From Epithemia pelagica (taxonomy: Eukaryota > Protista > Bacillariophyta): 64,000 bases of DNA. A model generated the notes under the pieces. That model saw only the letters and a program-made list of their open reading frames with translations, was not told where the DNA came from and searched no databases. The DNA is taken from contig OX337232.1 of assembly GCA_946965045.2 (NCBI GenBank), positions 1,798,001-1,862,000 of the forward strand. The letters are read 5' to 3'. Positions within the stretch are counted from its first letter, which is position 1; every line of letters begins with the position of its first letter. A program made the translations under genes and the position numbers. Below are positions 21,750 to 32,915 of the stretch, in pieces.

Positions 21750-24700
21750 CTAAGTGGGCCATGATGACTGGTCCGATGACGATGTCGTCATGGACCGTTT
21801 CCCAGATGAAGGAGCAAGAGAGGGAGTCCCACCACAGGAGAACTTTCCATGGGAACGGAAGGATACAGTCCCTCCGTTGGTGAAGTTACAAGACTCCCCA
21901 CTGGGGAACACAAGACCCTCGTCTTTGTTGGTCGTCACAATGATCTGTTTCTTCTTTTTCTTCTTGTTACTTGTGGGTGTCTTCGTGGTGATTGGTTCTG
22001 GTGGTGGCACAGGTTCATTTGAAGTACTGACGCTGGTCCACAACGCCACAAACGGCTTCGTCCAGAAATGATGATTCGTTGTCGATGTCAAAGCCTTTAA
22101 TGTCTTGGGGTTTGTTCCATGATACATGCTGTTGAAGTCACGCTCACGTTTCTCTTCCCCGTATTTGTCCGCCTTTTCCTGGTCGCTTGTCTTTTTCAGA
22201 ACAAGCACCAGGAGCGCAGTAAACATAACAGCATAAAGAAGGATCAAATCGCGGAGATACGACAAGGAGGAGTTGTTGGCAACCCCACTCTTGTCGCTGT
22301 TATTTCTTCCATCAGATTCTTCGCCTTGGTTTTTTGTGCTGAATGCATCAGGAAATAGTTTGACTGGTCTGACCTTGGTCATGTTCTTCCTGTTCTCGCT
22401 GTTTGAGCCACTGCCTCTTCTTCGCCGAGCTCCAAGGAGATAGTCCAAATCTTCTTGCATCAGCCCGTAGTCACCGGTTTTGTTGTAAACTTCCTGGGCT
22501 TGTGCCAAATCATCTTGGAGTCTTTCCAAACCGGATTTTGTGGACACTTCGTCACCCACATTCTCCACAAGTTCTTCTTCGTCCTCTACTTCTGTATGAA
22601 TATGATCTCGATTGTGTTCCATCCTTTCATCAACACTAAAGGTGTGCGGAATTCTTATTTCCTCTTCCTCAGTTTGAAAGTCGGTCGTGTCGCGAACCAC
22701 ATAAAACTCGTTGGCGTCGACATGCCGGTCCATGGTCTGTTGCTCGTGCAAGGTTGCCGTGGTGGTTGTGACCGTCGTCATAGTTGTATTCAAAGCCGTC
22801 ATGGGTGGTCCGACTTCTTGAATGGATTCCATTCGATACTCATGTTTCCTGTGCTCATCATTATCATGGAGCTCTGATGGATGATGATACTCTCGTGGTG
22901 GAACTTGTTGTCGTTGCTGATGCGGTGCGGTCATTTGCATACGAGCGTGTTTGCCACTACGCCGGGGCGTGGACCGTCGTTTCGGAGTCGCCATCGTGGC
23001 GGGAGTACGGCTGTGCATCAGTTGATGAAACCAAGCTGTCGTTTCGTCACCGGCCTGCTGTTGACGTTCCTCTGCGGATGATCGGTTCAGCAGCAAGGAG
23101 GGTGACATTGGATTTCCACTGCCCGAAGCCAGCTTTGATTCGGTTCCGGCCATGGATCGGTGCCCTCCACCGCGAGGTGTGGAAGCCGAAAGTGAGTGAT
23201 GGTAGGCTTCCAGTGAAGTCGGATGGCGACCAATTCCTCCTCCAGGTGGCATTGGGATGGACGATTCCATCAATCGGGTATGATTGAAGGAAGTTTCGGG
23301 CAAGAATGAGTTAGAGGGCATGAAGCCTGTTTCTCCATGAGAAGGAGGGGCTCCAGGGTCAGATGTGGTGACCAGTGCCCCACCATTGCGTTCCGGGTAT
23401 TCCTTTGGTTTCTTCTTCTTGCTAGTCATGTTGATGTTGATATGGGATGGTTGCATTTCTTCCAAAAATGGCTGCGTTCCGTTTTCTTTGTCTGGTCGTT
23501 GTGGAGTTCTGGGCTTGTTTGCTCCGGCGATTCGAGAAGTCGGCGGCTTTTGCATGGATGGTGACGGTGATTCTTCTTCCGCAAAGGTAAAGAGGGGAGA
23601 CGGTCGAGAAGCTGGTGCATAGGGATTGTCGTTCTTCTGACGTGCCAAGCCTCGCGAGCCACTTGTCCAGGGGGGAGTTGCTGTGGGACCGATGAGATTC
23701 CTGTGTGGTTGGTGGAAACTACTGTTGTGATGCTTGTTGACGTTGGTTCCTTGGCTGTAAAAGTTGGTGTTGTGATGATGGTGCTGATGATGATGATGAC
23801 TTCCATGTGTATTTTGGTGGGCACGAGCGTAATTGGATCGATGATATTCCATGGTGCGAATGGTTGATTCTCCACTCCGTTCATCAAATTCAATTTCTTC
23901 TTCTTCGTTGTGGAATTTGTACTGGCGATACAAGTCTTCGGAATGGCGAGGTGCGACAAGCTGTTCTTCTTCATTGGCTTCACAGCTGATAAAGAGACCC
24001 ACCAAGGAGGAGGGTGGAGACGAGGAAGAACCTCGACTGGCGGCAGCGGCAGCAGGGGTCACTGGGGCGGAGGGGGGACGAACCGCAGCAGGAACAGATG
24101 CTGTGGGGAGGGTCGGTGGCGGTGTCATCACGGGCGTGGGTGGTGGAAGTCGGCTTGGTGTTGTCGGGGTTGCTCGGGGCTGCATCATTGGCGTTGTGGT
24201 AGTGGCAGCTGTTGCGTTCATGGTGGTGTTACTGTTGTTCCCAGGACGGCCAGCCGCCGCAGCCTTTCGTTCACTGCGTTGCTGTTTCTTTTGTTCCTTC
24301 CAACGCATCAAGGCTTCTTGTCGTTCTTGTTGCTCCGAGGTTCCCACAGTAGGAGCACTACTACTAGGAGTAGGAGTTACTGCGGGCACAGCAGGGGAGG
24401 CATGATACTGCGGCGTTTGAGGCAATGGTCTGGAGGAGGACGACGATGCCAACACGGGTGTGGACGGAGGTACATGTGGTTGTGAGGGTGGTTGGATTTG
24501 AGAGGGCGGATGACGTGACGTTCGAGTTGCACCATTGGCACCAGCACTACTAGTAGTGTCGGTGCGTCTCGTCCGAGGTTTGGATCTATTTCCAATACCT
24601 CCTGGACTAGTTGCAGTCACACGCGGTGATTGAGGAACATGAGGAGAAGGATGAACCCCTTGTTGTGGTTGTAACTGCTGTTGTTGTTGTTGTTCTCGTA

Positions 24701-25271
24701 GTTGTTGCAGCTGCGGTGGACCGGGGGACATTGGTGGCATAGCATGACTGGCATGACCATTGGGAGTGGCTGTCATGGTTGGTGCTGGAGTGGCAGCAGC
24801 AATCCCTCCTGGTGCACTATTCATCATGGTGTTGTGCTGGTGGGGGTGGATCATGTTGTAGGGATTGTACTGATGATTTTCGCCATTTTGAGGTGTGGTT
24901 GTGGTAGCCGCAACAGCAGTCGAAGGGGTGTTATTGTTGGTGGTGTTGCGCAAGTAGATACATGATTGTCTAACAAAGACTCCAGAATTGGGTATAGTAG
25001 TGGTAAAGTATTGAACGCCTTCGACCGTGCCTGAGTTCTTGCCCTGCGAGGCGGAACTTCCTGTTAAAATGACTCCAACCCAATCACTCCCTTCCGCGAA
25101 TTCCACTTGACCCAAATAGGCCACTCGACCTTGTGACAAGGGCTGATTCTTTCGTTTCACCCAAACGGCTGCGCCTAAGTACAACCATCCAGACAATTCG
25201 GACCAACTGCTTCCACCAGTTGGAGACGATGATTCATTATTTTTTTCACGGGCAGATGGAGAACCCACCAT
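21750..25271 (-). CDS. CAP-Gly domain protein with long disordered region and a C-terminal TM helix
   Basis: GRVAYLGQVEFAEGSDWVGVILT...GKNSGTVEGVQYF...GVFVR. TM LILLYAVMFTALLVLVL. 3.5-kb ORF; hidden in-frame introns possible. Confidence 0.8.
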   Translation of the reverse strand: MVGSPSAREKNNESSSPTGGSSWSELSGWLYLGAAVWVKRKNQPLSQGRVAYLGQVEFAEGSDWVGVILTGSSASQGKNSGTVEGVQYFTTTIPNSGVFVRQSCIYLRNTTNNNTPSTAVAATTTTPQNGENHQYNPYNMIHPHQHNTMMNSAPGGIAAATPAPTMTATPNGHASHAMPPMSPGPPQLQQLREQQQQQQLQPQQGVHPSPHVPQSPRVTATSPGGIGNRSKPRTRRTDTTSSAGANGATRTSRHPPSQIQPPSQPHVPPSTPVLASSSSSRPLPQTPQYHASPAVPAVTPTPSSSAPTVGTSEQQERQEALMRWKEQKKQQRSERKAAAAGRPGNNSNTTMNATAATTTTPMMQPRATPTTPSRLPPPTPVMTPPPTLPTASVPAAVRPPSAPVTPAAAAASRGSSSSPPSSLVGLFISCEANEEEQLVAPRHSEDLYRQYKFHNEEEEIEFDERSGESTIRTMEYHRSNYARAHQNTHGSHHHHQHHHHNTNFYSQGTNVNKHHNSSFHQPHRNLIGPTATPPWTSGSRGLARQKNDNPYAPASRPSPLFTFAEEESPSPSMQKPPTSRIAGANKPRTPQRPDKENGTQPFLEEMQPSHININMTSKKKKPKEYPERNGGALVTTSDPGAPPSHGETGFMPSNSFLPETSFNHTRLMESSIPMPPGGGIGRHPTSLEAYHHSLSASTPRGGGHRSMAGTESKLASGSGNPMSPSLLLNRSSAEERQQQAGDETTAWFHQLMHSRTPATMATPKRRSTPRRSGKHARMQMTAPHQQRQQVPPREYHHPSELHDNDEHRKHEYRMESIQEVGPPMTALNTTMTTVTTTTATLHEQQTMDRHVDANEFYVVRDTTDFQTEEEEIRIPHTFSVDERMEHNRDHIHTEVEDEEELVENVGDEVSTKSGLERLQDDLAQAQEVYNKTGDYGLMQEDLDYLLGARRRRGSGSNSENRKNMTKVRPVKLFPDAFSTKNQGEESDGRNNSDKSGVANNSSLSYLRDLILLYAVMFTALLVLVLKKTSDQEKADKYGEEKRERDFNSMYHGTNPKTLKALTSTTNHHFWTKPFVALWTSVSTSNEPVPPPEPITTKTPTSNKKKKKKQIIVTTNKDEGLVFPSGESCNFTNGGTVSFRSHGKFSCGGTPSLAPSSGKRSMTTSSSDQSSWPT

Positions 25272-26216
25272 TACTCCCCTCTCCAATCAAACGACGAAGG
25301 TAGAAAGGTATCAATGGGAGGATTCGAGCAGTGCCCTCGCACACACAAGGCAACAAACACGACAAGGTGCAACAATCAATTCCTCGTTTTGCTATTGGAT
25401 TCCGGAATCATGAAAAAAGATGACAGATCTCCAACTACTGTCTGAGTATCTTTTTGATGTTTGGCCCACTGTTCTCGTTGGAATCGCTGAGCAATCCATA
25501 TACAACCGGCGCAATATAATAATACAGGACCTCCTCAGTTGGCCTCTCTCACTCGTCGTCTGTTCAAGGTTTCTGTTGTTGTAACAGGTGAGAATGGCAG
25601 ATGGTCCATCGAACTCGAACAACCACCACCACCTGCAATTCTGGGGTGCAGGTTTGTACCACCCCTCCTTTTTCTCGGTCGTGCAGGCGCGCCAAGCACT
25701 CGTTCCTCACACAACCTTCCCGCCAAGAGGGGCGACCACGTAGCGCTCCCCCGGTCCCAACATTTTGTGGTTCAGTCTCGCCGTTGATGGGGCAGCGGTT
25801 CCGCCGCGAAACAGTTGTTGCAATCCAATGGGCAATGCTCATTCAAAAGGCTATTGATTTTGGGGCTGTTATGAATTACAACTTTTATTATTGCCTTGAT
25901 AGACCCAAATCTTTTGGATCCTCGAGACTCTGGCTTTGGAAGTACATTTTAGCGAGCCATCGATATCCATCAGGCGTGCTCTCCATGCTCCAAAAACCTT
26001 CCAGTCGCATCTTTCAAGAACATCAGACGTGGTTTAGTCGCCTTAGACGCTTTCAACGCGAGTTCATAGTTCTAAATTTTCTGCAATCATCAGAACAAGT
26101 TCCATCATGTTGTGTTTGAGATTCTATGTGAATGATAACTGAATGTTATTTGGTTCCATCCATGATCCATGTATCAGTAGAAAGTTCAAGTTTTCTTTCT
26201 TGTCAGCGCAGCCATC

Positions 26217-27893
26217 ATGCTCCATCGGATGCTATTCGTTGCCTTCTTGTCACCATCATGGCTGAACCATCGTGTCCAAAAGGCTTTTCCAATCGTCGCA
26301 ATCAGACCACCAATCGATACAGCAGTCTTTATGGGAAGCAATCAATCAATCCAAGATTCCGTCGAATCCGTTCTCCTGTCTCAAAACCCCGTCAACACCA
26401 CTTTGGACAACTCCATGGAAAGCATTCTACCACAGACAGATAGCAACGGGGATACCATCACCACAGATTTACTGAAACTATCATCGTCAGGGGATCTATT
26501 ATCAATAGACCATGTTGATATGTCAGACAAGGTGGCCCATCGCCGTCGAATCGACAGAGAACTCAAGAGAAGGGAGGTTTCACGTCGCGAATGGCTCCGA
26601 TTGGGAACCTTGATGGTTTCGGGTTGTCTTCTCGGTGGTGTCGCCGTGGAAGAGAAGCTTCCGGCATCCACGGCGGCCTTTCAAAAAGCTCTAGGTCCAG
26701 TGAATCTTACGAGAATATGGCAAGAGACGGCCATTAATGTGACCGTTCAAGGACCTCCATTTACATGGGTGGCCTTGGACCCCACTACCTTTCAAAAGAA
26801 GCAAACGCTCAAGCTTCCCGGATGGGTACCCAGCTTTCTCATTCCACCCTCACGCGTGATTGGCGGTACAAGTAACGCTGAATTGCTCACCGCCGCTGTC
26901 TTGGCTGGATCCGTGGTGGAAATGGGAAGGACGTGCATTCTGTATCCACTCTTGACGCTCAAGGTTCGAATCCAAAGTGAAGTCAATACACGAAGGAAGC
27001 ACATTAGCAAGGGACGAGCGCGACCCGTCGTGCAATTGGCCACTAGGGTCAAATTGAGCTGGTTGACGGCCAAGAAATATTGGGAAGAAGGGAATTTGTA
27101 TGCTGGACTGTTACCTTCCGTGCTCATTGCTGCACCGGCCACAGGTCTGTTCTACGGTGTTCGGGATGTTGTCAAGCGGTCCTTGCTGACCATGTTTCCC
27201 CATGGCATTTTGGGATCGGACATTCCTATTGTGCTGACTGCCGCCTTTCTAGGAGATGTCACGGCACTGGCCTTTCGGACTCCTTTTGACACGCTTTCTA
27301 TCCGACTCCAGGCCGCAGCTCCCTCAGTTGTTCCATTGGAGGAGGCGAGCGAGGTAAGGAATAGCACTTCTCTTGTTATCGCTCCAGAAAATGCAACGAC
27401 TCGCGATGATCACCATCCCGACGCTTTCGAAGTCCACGTGGGGAACTGGCTCAAGGATTCGATTGAACGACTTCCTGCTGCAATCATAACGGATTTGCCC
27501 TTTTTATTGTCTCGGATTGCCCTGAATCGACTCATTATGAGTGACCGAGTGGATGTGGGACGGTACGAAGTGGTCGTCATTGGGGTGGCCATTCTATGCG
27601 CGCTTCTCACAACACCCTTCGATGTGGCTCGGACACGAATCCTGGTCGATAGTAGCAACCCCACATCCAACGACGAAAACCATCCAAAGGCCATTGACGG
27701 TGGTTCCGGGGAAGGTTTGGTGCGAACCCTTCGTACTATTTACAATGAAGGAGACGGCGGATATCGCAATCTGTTTGCCGGGTGGATTGAACGGACGGCC
27801 TATCTTGGAATTGGGAGAGCTTGTCTGGAACCACTTCAACTGATTGCCTACGTTGCAATCCGAGATGCAATCCTCCTCGAGTTGTTTGACTAG
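26217..27893 (+). CDS. Mitochondrial carrier family (SLC25) protein with long N-terminal extension
   Basis: Three carrier-signature-like repeats: YPLLTLKVRIQ, TPFDTLSIRLQ, TPFDVARTRIL. LYAGL..SV...AP..GLFYG. Confidence 0.85.
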   Translation: MLHRMLFVAFLSPSWLNHRVQKAFPIVAIRPPIDTAVFMGSNQSIQDSVESVLLSQNPVNTTLDNSMESILPQTDSNGDTITTDLLKLSSSGDLLSIDHVDMSDKVAHRRRIDRELKRREVSRREWLRLGTLMVSGCLLGGVAVEEKLPASTAAFQKALGPVNLTRIWQETAINVTVQGPPFTWVALDPTTFQKKQTLKLPGWVPSFLIPPSRVIGGTSNAELLTAAVLAGSVVEMGRTCILYPLLTLKVRIQSEVNTRRKHISKGRARPVVQLATRVKLSWLTAKKYWEEGNLYAGLLPSVLIAAPATGLFYGVRDVVKRSLLTMFPHGILGSDIPIVLTAAFLGDVTALAFRTPFDTLSIRLQAAAPSVVPLEEASEVRNSTSLVIAPENATTRDDHHPDAFEVHVGNWLKDSIERLPAAIITDLPFLLSRIALNRLIMSDRVDVGRYEVVVIGVAILCALLTTPFDVARTRILVDSSNPTSNDENHPKAIDGGSGEGLVRTLRTIYNEGDGGYRNLFAGWIERTAYLGIGRACLEPLQLIAYVAIRDAILLELFD

Positions 27894-28624
27894 TGAGTGA
27901 GAGAGAAGTTTGTTGGAACGGCTTTGAATCACTGCAAACGTAAACACTCGAGGTAGGTAGACTGGTGGAATTTGGATTTGGACCTCTGTGAGTTGAAACA
28001 TGGATCGACGCATCTTTGACACAACGTCGTGTTCAGAGTCGCAAAGGGAATCGCTGTATCATCTACCTTCCAAAGGCAGTGGACAGTACCAAATCGTTAA
28101 AATTGTCGGTTCTGTGAGAGCAAATGACAAATGTTTGGATGTGAAAAGGGTCCACACGCACCGGTATGGAATGCTGTCTAGAGATGATGCTCCTAGGGGT
28201 CTGTGGTCTGTCGATTCGACCAAGAGAGGCCCCAACAGACACAGAACTAAGGGCAGTTCCTAGAGGTGGGTCATTGGTTCCGGCCAAGCGGATCGTCGGT
28301 TAAGACGTCATGGGATGCTCTTTTGTTGGAAAGGAAACCCGTCCATTCTCACTTTCCTCATCTTGCGAAACTCCACTAAAGTTAGAGGAACGGTCTGTAC
28401 AAAAGATTGGTTTCTAACCATAGTCAACATAGCACTTCTGTCGATTCTGTTCCCGCCATTTGAATTTTAAAATATCCCCTGTGGTTGATGTGACAGGTTC
28501 TCTCATTTTTCATCCAAAGTCCAAGTCCACAACGGAAATTATATACTGAGGTCATTGTGGTCAACAACACTGCGACGAGGGGAAGCCATTGTGGGGAAGA
28601 GAAAGAGCGTCATTGCAAAAGGAA

Positions 28625-31600
28625 ATGAGTGCATCTTCTTCAGCGTCGAGTACTCCGTCCCCATCCTCACGAAAGGTTGCACACCAACGAGGATCTTCCA
28701 ATCCGCCCGTTCGCACCTCGGGTTCCAATCATGGAAGTACTGGCAGTCCTCGTTCCACCTCCAAACGACCGTCGCCACCCTCACCTTCCTATTCCACAAC
28801 GTCCGGTGTGTCTTTGGCGTCCTTGCTGTCCACGTCCTTCCAACTGAATGTGGGCACTCCGGTTTGGATTCGTCGAAAAGGACAACCCCTGTTGGAAGGA
28901 GAAGTGGCCTATCTTGGTCCCGTCGAATTTGCTTCTGCTCGAACCAAACGCACTTTGACGACAGCCAGAGACCAGAAGGAGTCACCGTCCGCACACGTCG
29001 ACTCCGAAGAAGAAGAAGATGATGACCAAGACGAATGGGTGGGCGTTTGTTTGACTGGACCTTCGGTCGAACAGGGCAAACATTCCGGCACGGTGCATGG
29101 CATTGTCTACTTTGAAACTCCATTGCCACATCAAGGATTGTTTGTTCGACGATCCAACATTCAATTGCGTACCACAGCGGCCACTGCCGCGAAACTTCAC
29201 CAGCAGACAAGCACTCCCAATGATTTGTGGGAGTCTCCCACGCGAGACGCACATTTGGTGCCGGATCGTCAACCGCAACACAATGGTATAGACAACCATG
29301 TGGCAACATCAGCAGCAGCTGCAACACCCTCCTTACCAACACTTTCTCCCACCAAACCTGCAGCAGTGGAGAGACAAACCATGTTCCGGACTCCATTGCA
29401 TCCCTCCCATCTACCATCCGGACCGGGAGACGACGACAACAACAACTGCAGTAACAATGAAAATAATCCAGAGACTATGCATTTTGCAAATGGGCCACTA
29501 CAGGGCCTCGATACTGCCACCAAAACAACAACGAGGGCTTTTGACTTGCGAGACCCTGACAGACGTGGCGTACACAACAATGAAAGTTTAACGGAAGGAA
29601 GAGCACGACGAAGAAATGATGAAAATGGCAATGATCCCGACCATCATCAAGACATATCCTTGCTTGGTAGGTGTCAAATCCTATGGTTCGTCCTGCTTGT
29701 GTGGATGAGTTTGGTTCCACCCCTGCTCTTTATCCTAGCTTTGTTGGTACCGACGTCCTGGCAGCAGATCCTGGATGGTGGTTCAGATCCCAGCCGTCGA
29801 TTTTGGGAAAAGCTCACGGCAGGCCTCTTGTTGGGCCATGTTGGCGCCAGTCTCGGTCTGTTGCTTCCTCTGATGGTCTCTTCTGGTGGTCGTAGTAATC
29901 GGACGACATTGTCGGTCCAGACCGGTCGCATCTCGGCCGTCTTGAGTGCCTGGATGGGTTTGTGGATTCTTCTTGTCACCCTTTGGTGTGGTGTTCCAAC
30001 GACCAGTTCTTCAAAGAATGATAGTGACGGTAATGATGTAGAGTATGGTCCTGCATGGATCATTCTACTAAGTGGATCTGCCTCGTCCCTCTTGTTGGCC
30101 ATTCTGGCACTCATGGTCTCCTTTTGGCCGACGGGTCCGCAGCAAGGACGATCCAATCATTTTTGGACACGTCACTCGTATCCCATTCTCAATACCCTTT
30201 CGCACCAAAACGGCAACCATGGTACGACTGCCGAAACTATCGGATCCTTGACCGAACCCCTTTTGTCACCACACGAACCACAACCTTTATTGCACGAGAC
30301 GAGTCACCACCAGGACTGGCAAGACGAACCCTTGGACGACGAAGAACAACAACAGGGAACCTCTGCGGCAGATGATTGTCAAACATCACAAATCAATGAG
30401 ACGGATGCTGCTGCCCTGGAGGAAATTCCTAGTGGAACGAGTCGAGTTCGAGGGACACGGCGATTGTTACAACTTGCATCGTCACAAGTCTTGTATTTGT
30501 ATCTGGGTTGCATTGTCTTGTTAATCCGATTGCCCTTTTCCTTGGCCATTCCTCACTTTGTGTCCACGACACTGGCTGCCCTGGGCCGGGGCGCGTTTCA
30601 TGAAGCCCGGCAAGAAATTCTTTCCCTCTTTGTATTGGGTTCCATTGATGCCGCTCTGGATTTCTGGTGCATCTTTTTGTTTGGCTATGCCAACCAACGG
30701 ATTGTCCGTGGAGTCCGATTGGATCTCTTTCATCGACTCTTGCACATGGAAGTGGCCTTTTTCGATTCGCACAACTCGGGTACTCTCGCCTCCCGACTCA
30801 ATAGCGATTGTTCCGAAATGGCCGGTGATTTGACCTGGTTCTTTCGCTTCAGCATTGAATCCGTCGTCCGCATCACGGGCATTACGGCTTACATGTTGGT
30901 TCGGAGTCCCAAATTGGGGGCCTGCGCCCTGAGTATTGTTCCCGTCGTGGGAGTGATCAACAAACTCTACGGCGATTGGTTGGCCCGCAATGCCATTGCC
31001 GTACAAGATGCCTTGGCCGAAGCCAATGCCGTGGCGCAAGAAGCCCTGTCCAATGTACGGACTGTCATTGCCTTTGCCGCTGAAGATTTGGAGGAGGAAC
31101 ATTACCAGACAAAAATTGATCGACAATTCCATCTCAATGTCCAACAACTGTTTATGCAAGGTGTCTATTACATGGCTATTTCGACGTTTTTGATCAACAC
31201 CTTTGTTCAATCGGCGCTCCTTTATTTCGGGGCCTATCTCATTGAGCGAAATGGACTCACAGCCGATGTCCTATTGGCATTTATGCTGTATCAAGGACAA
31301 CTTCAGAATGAAACCTTGAATTTGTTTCAGTCCTACAGTTCTTTGGTCAAGTCCTCGGGAGCAGGCGACAAAGTGTTTGCGTTATTGGATCGGCAGCCCC
31401 CTCCTCCGGCCATGGGGTCCACGGAACAACGACAACGACGACGTGCGAGAAACCAAACTTCTACCGATGACGTGCCCTCGTCCACGGGATACAATTTGAG
31501 TTTGCAAACTGTCTCGTTTGCCTATCCGAGTCGACCATCTCATCCCGTCCTGGACCAAATGGTTTTGGATATCCCTCAAGGATCTACTGTGGCTCTTGTG

Positions 31601-32614
31601 GGACCGAGTGGGTGTGGCAAATCAACGGTATGTATACGGCCCTTTTTCTCTGTTTCGAGTTATGGAAACTCATTTTGTCCTCCTTGCGAATGTCACGCAC
31701 AGGTTGTCAATTTGCTTCAACGATTTTATGACCCAATGGAAGGTCAAATTCTTTTGAATGGAAGAGACCTTCGGTCGTACGACTTGCGTGAGCATCGACG
31801 TCGCATTGGTGTGGTTTCGCAAGATGTAGGTTCCTAGAGTGTTTTGCTTCGGTTATGACACGTGGGAGGAGCGTTGCTGGAATGATTTTCTCACCACAAA
31901 ATCCGTTTCTGTTTGTCTCAAGTGTGTCTTGTTTGACGGAAGCATTCTGGAAAATATCACTTACGGTAGCAATCGTCGTCGCCGGGGACCCAACGAATCC
32001 AATGGTGCTGCTGTGGTTATGGACGAAGTCGAAGAAGCGGCGAGGTTAGCCCATGCGGATGATTTCATTCGTCAAATGGCACATGGGTATCACACAGTTG
32101 TGGGGGAGAAAGGAGTACAATTGTCTGGGGGACAACGGCAGCGGATCAGTATAGGTAAGAAACATTCCGGGCGCTCCTGTGTGTGTTACGTTGGATAATT
32201 CCAGGGACCGATCTGATTCTCCGGACTCATTGGTTGTACTCACATATGTATGCTTTAGCTCGGGCGATATACCAGAGACCGTTGTTGTTGATACTGGATG
32301 AAGCCACATCAGCTTTAGACCGAGAATCGGAACAAGTGGTGCAACAGGCTTTGGATGACTTGTTACAACGACAGCACGTGGAGCATCAAGAGCCACTGAA
32401 TACACTTTCGACAACGACGACGACATCAACAACGACAACTGTGGTCATTGCCCATCGACTGCATACCGTCGAGAATGCTGATTACATTGCCGTTTTGGAG
32501 AATGGAAAAGTTGCAGAATTTGGCCCCCCACAAGAGTTGTTGTTACTTCGCAATGGCAAATATCGTACACTGGTGGAACAAGCTCGTCATACAGGGCGCA
32601 TTGCAGAATCGTAA
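28625..32614 (+). CDS. CAP-Gly::ABCB (TAP/ABCB9-like) half-transporter; exons 28625-31627, 31703-31825, 31923-32154, 32259-32614
   Basis: CAP-Gly ([11 protein letters not shown]...WVGVCLT...[13 protein letters not shown]...GLFVR) in the same ORF as the ABC TMD ([17 protein letters not shown]) and Walker [10 protein letters not shown]. Splicing restores [43 protein letters not shown]. Confidence 0.85.
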
Positions 32615-32915
32615 ACGTTCGATTTCATGCTCCAAATTGTCTGGGAGGCTTGAAGCCAGGACGTTACCCACAATCTAAAATGGATGAACCATCTGGAAAA
32701 GTTTCGCTGGCTTTCCTCGTCCAACATCCAACATGTCATGAGGGAAACGTCTGTTCTAGCCAGAATGTTTCTACTCTCGAGACGACGGCCAACAGGACAA
32801 CTTTCGCAGGACAAAGATCGAAAAGACTGTAGAACTCGTCTTACTAATCCCTAGTGCATTTGTCCACTCGCACTACTAGAACATTCCAATAACTCACAAG
32901 GCACAATAGGTATTA

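Noticed and set aside
25390-26130. Short protein-like minus-strand fragments between the CAP-Gly gene and the carrier
   Set aside because: They cannot be joined into a credible gene and match no family I recognise.
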